From Felis catus (taxonomy: Eukaryota), in NCBI RefSeq assembly GCF_018350175.1, contig NC_058368.1, positions 6,324,001 to 6,388,000 of the forward strand: 64,000 bases of DNA, in the 5' to 3' direction. Both the position numbers and the translations under genes were made by a program. The notes below the pieces were generated by a model that searched no databases, was not told the DNA's origin, and saw only the letters and a program-made list of their open reading frames with translations. Below, one piece after another: positions 61,475 through 64,000 of this stretch (position 1 is the stretch's first letter; every line of letters starts with the position of its first letter).

Positions 61475-64000
61475 CTAATAGTAAAATTGCTACAGGACTT
61501 AAAACTCTAAAAACATTTACCAGAAAGTCTAGAATTGTATACTGAATAATATTCTGAAGTTAAGGTTGAGGTTTGGGATATGTTGAGTCTAATTAAACCA
61601 GACTCAGTCTATTTAAGAGTCTAATGTTCTTAAGGAGGAATAAACATAATTAGATAAGCTGATCTAAATTACCATTATTAAAATTAGAAAGGTTGGAGAG
61701 GGGAGTTTAAGAAAACAAAAATATAAGCAGAAAATAATCCTGAGAATGAAAGTCAGTTTATTGAATCTTCAGATGTTGTTTGTGTGCTGAAAAGGAATAG
61801 AATGTCCCAGGAATGTGAGACTTCTTCAGATAAAGCTCTTGAGTTTACATTTCCTTTTTTCAAGAGTACATGTGACTAGAATAAATCAGAATCCGAGCCC
61901 CAATTCCACATTCCTGGGAGGGAAACTGGCCCCTTTTGGGTAGCGCCTGTCACCGTCCAGTCAGCCGTGGCCACAGGGTGGGGGTGGGGGTCACAAAGCC
62001 CAGGGTTTCAAAGGGTCATTAACCCCTCACGTTTCTACTAAAGTCAAACGGCACCTTCAAATGGACTTGTGTTTCAGTTGTCATCACAGTTGTCATCAGA
62101 TGTTTTGGGAAATAGGTATTTTTTTCCTTGGAGTTCAGTTCGATCTTGCGGACTCTTTGCAGTCTTAAAAAGCTTTAATTTACGGTCTATTAGAGCGCCC
62201 GTGTAGCCCCGTCCTGGTGAACACTGGGCTTTTTCAAATATGTTTTAATCTCTACTAATCTAGTAAGTGAAAATGGTGTAACACATCGTGGCTTCAGTTT
62301 GTATTTCTTCAGTACTTTGGAAGGTTGGGCATTTTTGCGGATCTGCTTTTTCCACTAGCCATCAGGGGGATGGGAACTTAGTTCCTTTCTGTTCTCGTTC
62401 AACCAGATTGGTGGGCTACAGGGCGTCTTTCGTAGCGTGCTACTTTGGAGGAAGTTCCAGCTTGTTCTATCAGCCATCAAATTAGCACTAAAAATGGCTC
62501 ATCTCAGGACTGGCTCAGGTGGAGTGAAGTGCCGGCCGAGCATTAAAGGGAAGTGGTCACAGGGCAGGTGTCATGGTGGGAACCGTCGTGATTGGTAGAC
62601 AGCAAACCGTCACTGCAAATCGAGCTCAGCGTGGACGGAGGACTGTATGGTTTAGAAAGTTACTTTATGTAGGCAAGCGGCAAAGTCCTCTGAAGGCTTA
62701 GAGATCTGGGCCTGGCGTGGCGTTGTCAGTAGGTGCGTTTGTATGAGGGGTCTTGCTGTTTAACATCAGGTGAGTGTTTCGAATGAAATCGTGCCATGAC
62801 GCAGCCTTTGGAAAGATGTTTGCACGTATCTCGTGTTTAAACCTTTCCTTTTGTTATTTCTTCAAAGCTCAACAGAGCTGGGCGGGCCGATAACGTGTAA
62901 TTCTCTTGAAATTAAATTAAAAACAATCACGTTACGGTAGGTTGGTTGGGGTGTAGGGCGTTTTCCACCTCCGAGAATGTTAGAGCTCGTGCTTTGGATT
63001 GTCTTGAACATATACTCCATTTGGCTGGATGTTTCTTTAGATTTTAATATTCATGAGCACTGTCATCATGCTTCTTAGCATTGAATTAAAGCCAAGGTAG
63101 GGCTGTCGAAGGCATTTTCGCCTTTCTTTTGCGTTACTTCCTCGACTGGGCTCTCTCCGTTTCTGGGTTTCTGCCAGTGCAGATGAAGGTTTACTTCATT
63201 AGCTCTCAGTGTACAACAGTGAATGGAAAACATAAACATGCGTCTGTTCTTGCGTGTCGAACTTTCCCCTTCCCCTTTGCAACCAACTCCTTTGGGGAAG
63301 CTGAAACTGAAGACCCGTGTCTGAATAGCATTTTAACAGTATTTCTCATTAATATGCTTTGTCAGTCCTCAATTTGCAAGAAAGGCACTGTCAGGATGTT
63401 GTTGGTTTGAAGCCTGGATGCTTTGATTTCCGTCCCGTTAATTTCTTATCCGTGACCCTCTGCTGGGAAATGCCCTCCCCCTCCCTTCCCGTTTGATCAC
63501 ATTCAGGAGAAAGAGTAAAACTTCTGATATCTTTTTAAAATTGTTCACGTATTAATAAGATTGCCACCTCTTCCTCTCTGTGTGAAGATGCAATATAGTA
63601 TATACTTTTGCTTCAGTAGTTTTTCCGAATTTTGACCTTTTTTATTTGAGAAAAAAACCTAAAGGAAGGCATAAGGTGGAAAGTTGTTGATTATTCTCTT
63701 TAAATGTCTTTCCTCTTACAGATGTCATCTTTAAGTGTAGGTTTTAAACCAGAAATATCCCCTATAACTTGACTCACAGAAAGTAATCTGGAAGAGATTT
63801 ACGTGCACATCAGATCTACATGAGATCACTGGGTGAGGTCACCAAGGGAAAGGTCCAAATAAACACATCTAAAATCTGGTAATCTCGTAATTCTTTGGCA
63901 TTTTGGAAGATGATAGGTACTATAGAGAAAAAGAAACCATTAAAGATGTTGCAATTTTGTGTGGGGTGGGGTCAGAGAAGATAGTATTTGAATAGAGATT

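Larger units (their letters stand above)
26440..64000 (+). other. Probable large intronic region of the CpG-island gene (continues beyond the window)
   Basis: Follows a consensus splice donor; + strand is T-rich; SINEs and L1s are biased to antisense; no recognisable downstream coding exon. Confidence 0.7.

Noticed and set aside
1..64000. CRISPR arrays, operons or other prokaryotic systems; bona fide tRNA genes
   Set aside because: The window is mammalian DNA. There is no regularly spaced repeat-spacer array, and the tRNA-like A/B boxes all belong to SINE heads.

Overview
This is mammalian genomic DNA, almost certainly from a felid: it carries about 30 feline-type CanSINE/SINEC_Fc tRNA-derived SINEs and L1_Fc-type 3' ends. 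Bases 1-26,000 look intergenic, with L2, MIR, L1, MaLR LTR and DNA-transposon relics plus several unique repeat-free stretches that may be enhancers. A strong CpG island at ~26,050-27,300 holds a TATA-less promoter (GC boxes, two CCAAT boxes) and a probable first exon on the + strand. That exon has a strong-Kozak ATG at 26392, 16 codons and a CCG|GTGAGT donor at 26439/26440. The remaining ~37.5 kb reads as the start of a large, repeat-rich intron of this gene, which I could not name. The clearest unusual object is a full-length U6 snRNA fused to an L1 3' end and flanked by a 15-bp target-site duplication (59474-59768). Other points of interest are a candidate alternative phase-0 exon at ~35016/35031-35126, an L1-in-L1 nest, a SINE-in-SINE hairpin and young, possibly polymorphic SINEs. 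I found no convincing new biological system, and nearly all ORFs in the track are repeat- or GC-driven artefacts. Repeat family names come from recalled consensus sequences, not a database search, and boundaries of old repeats are approximate.
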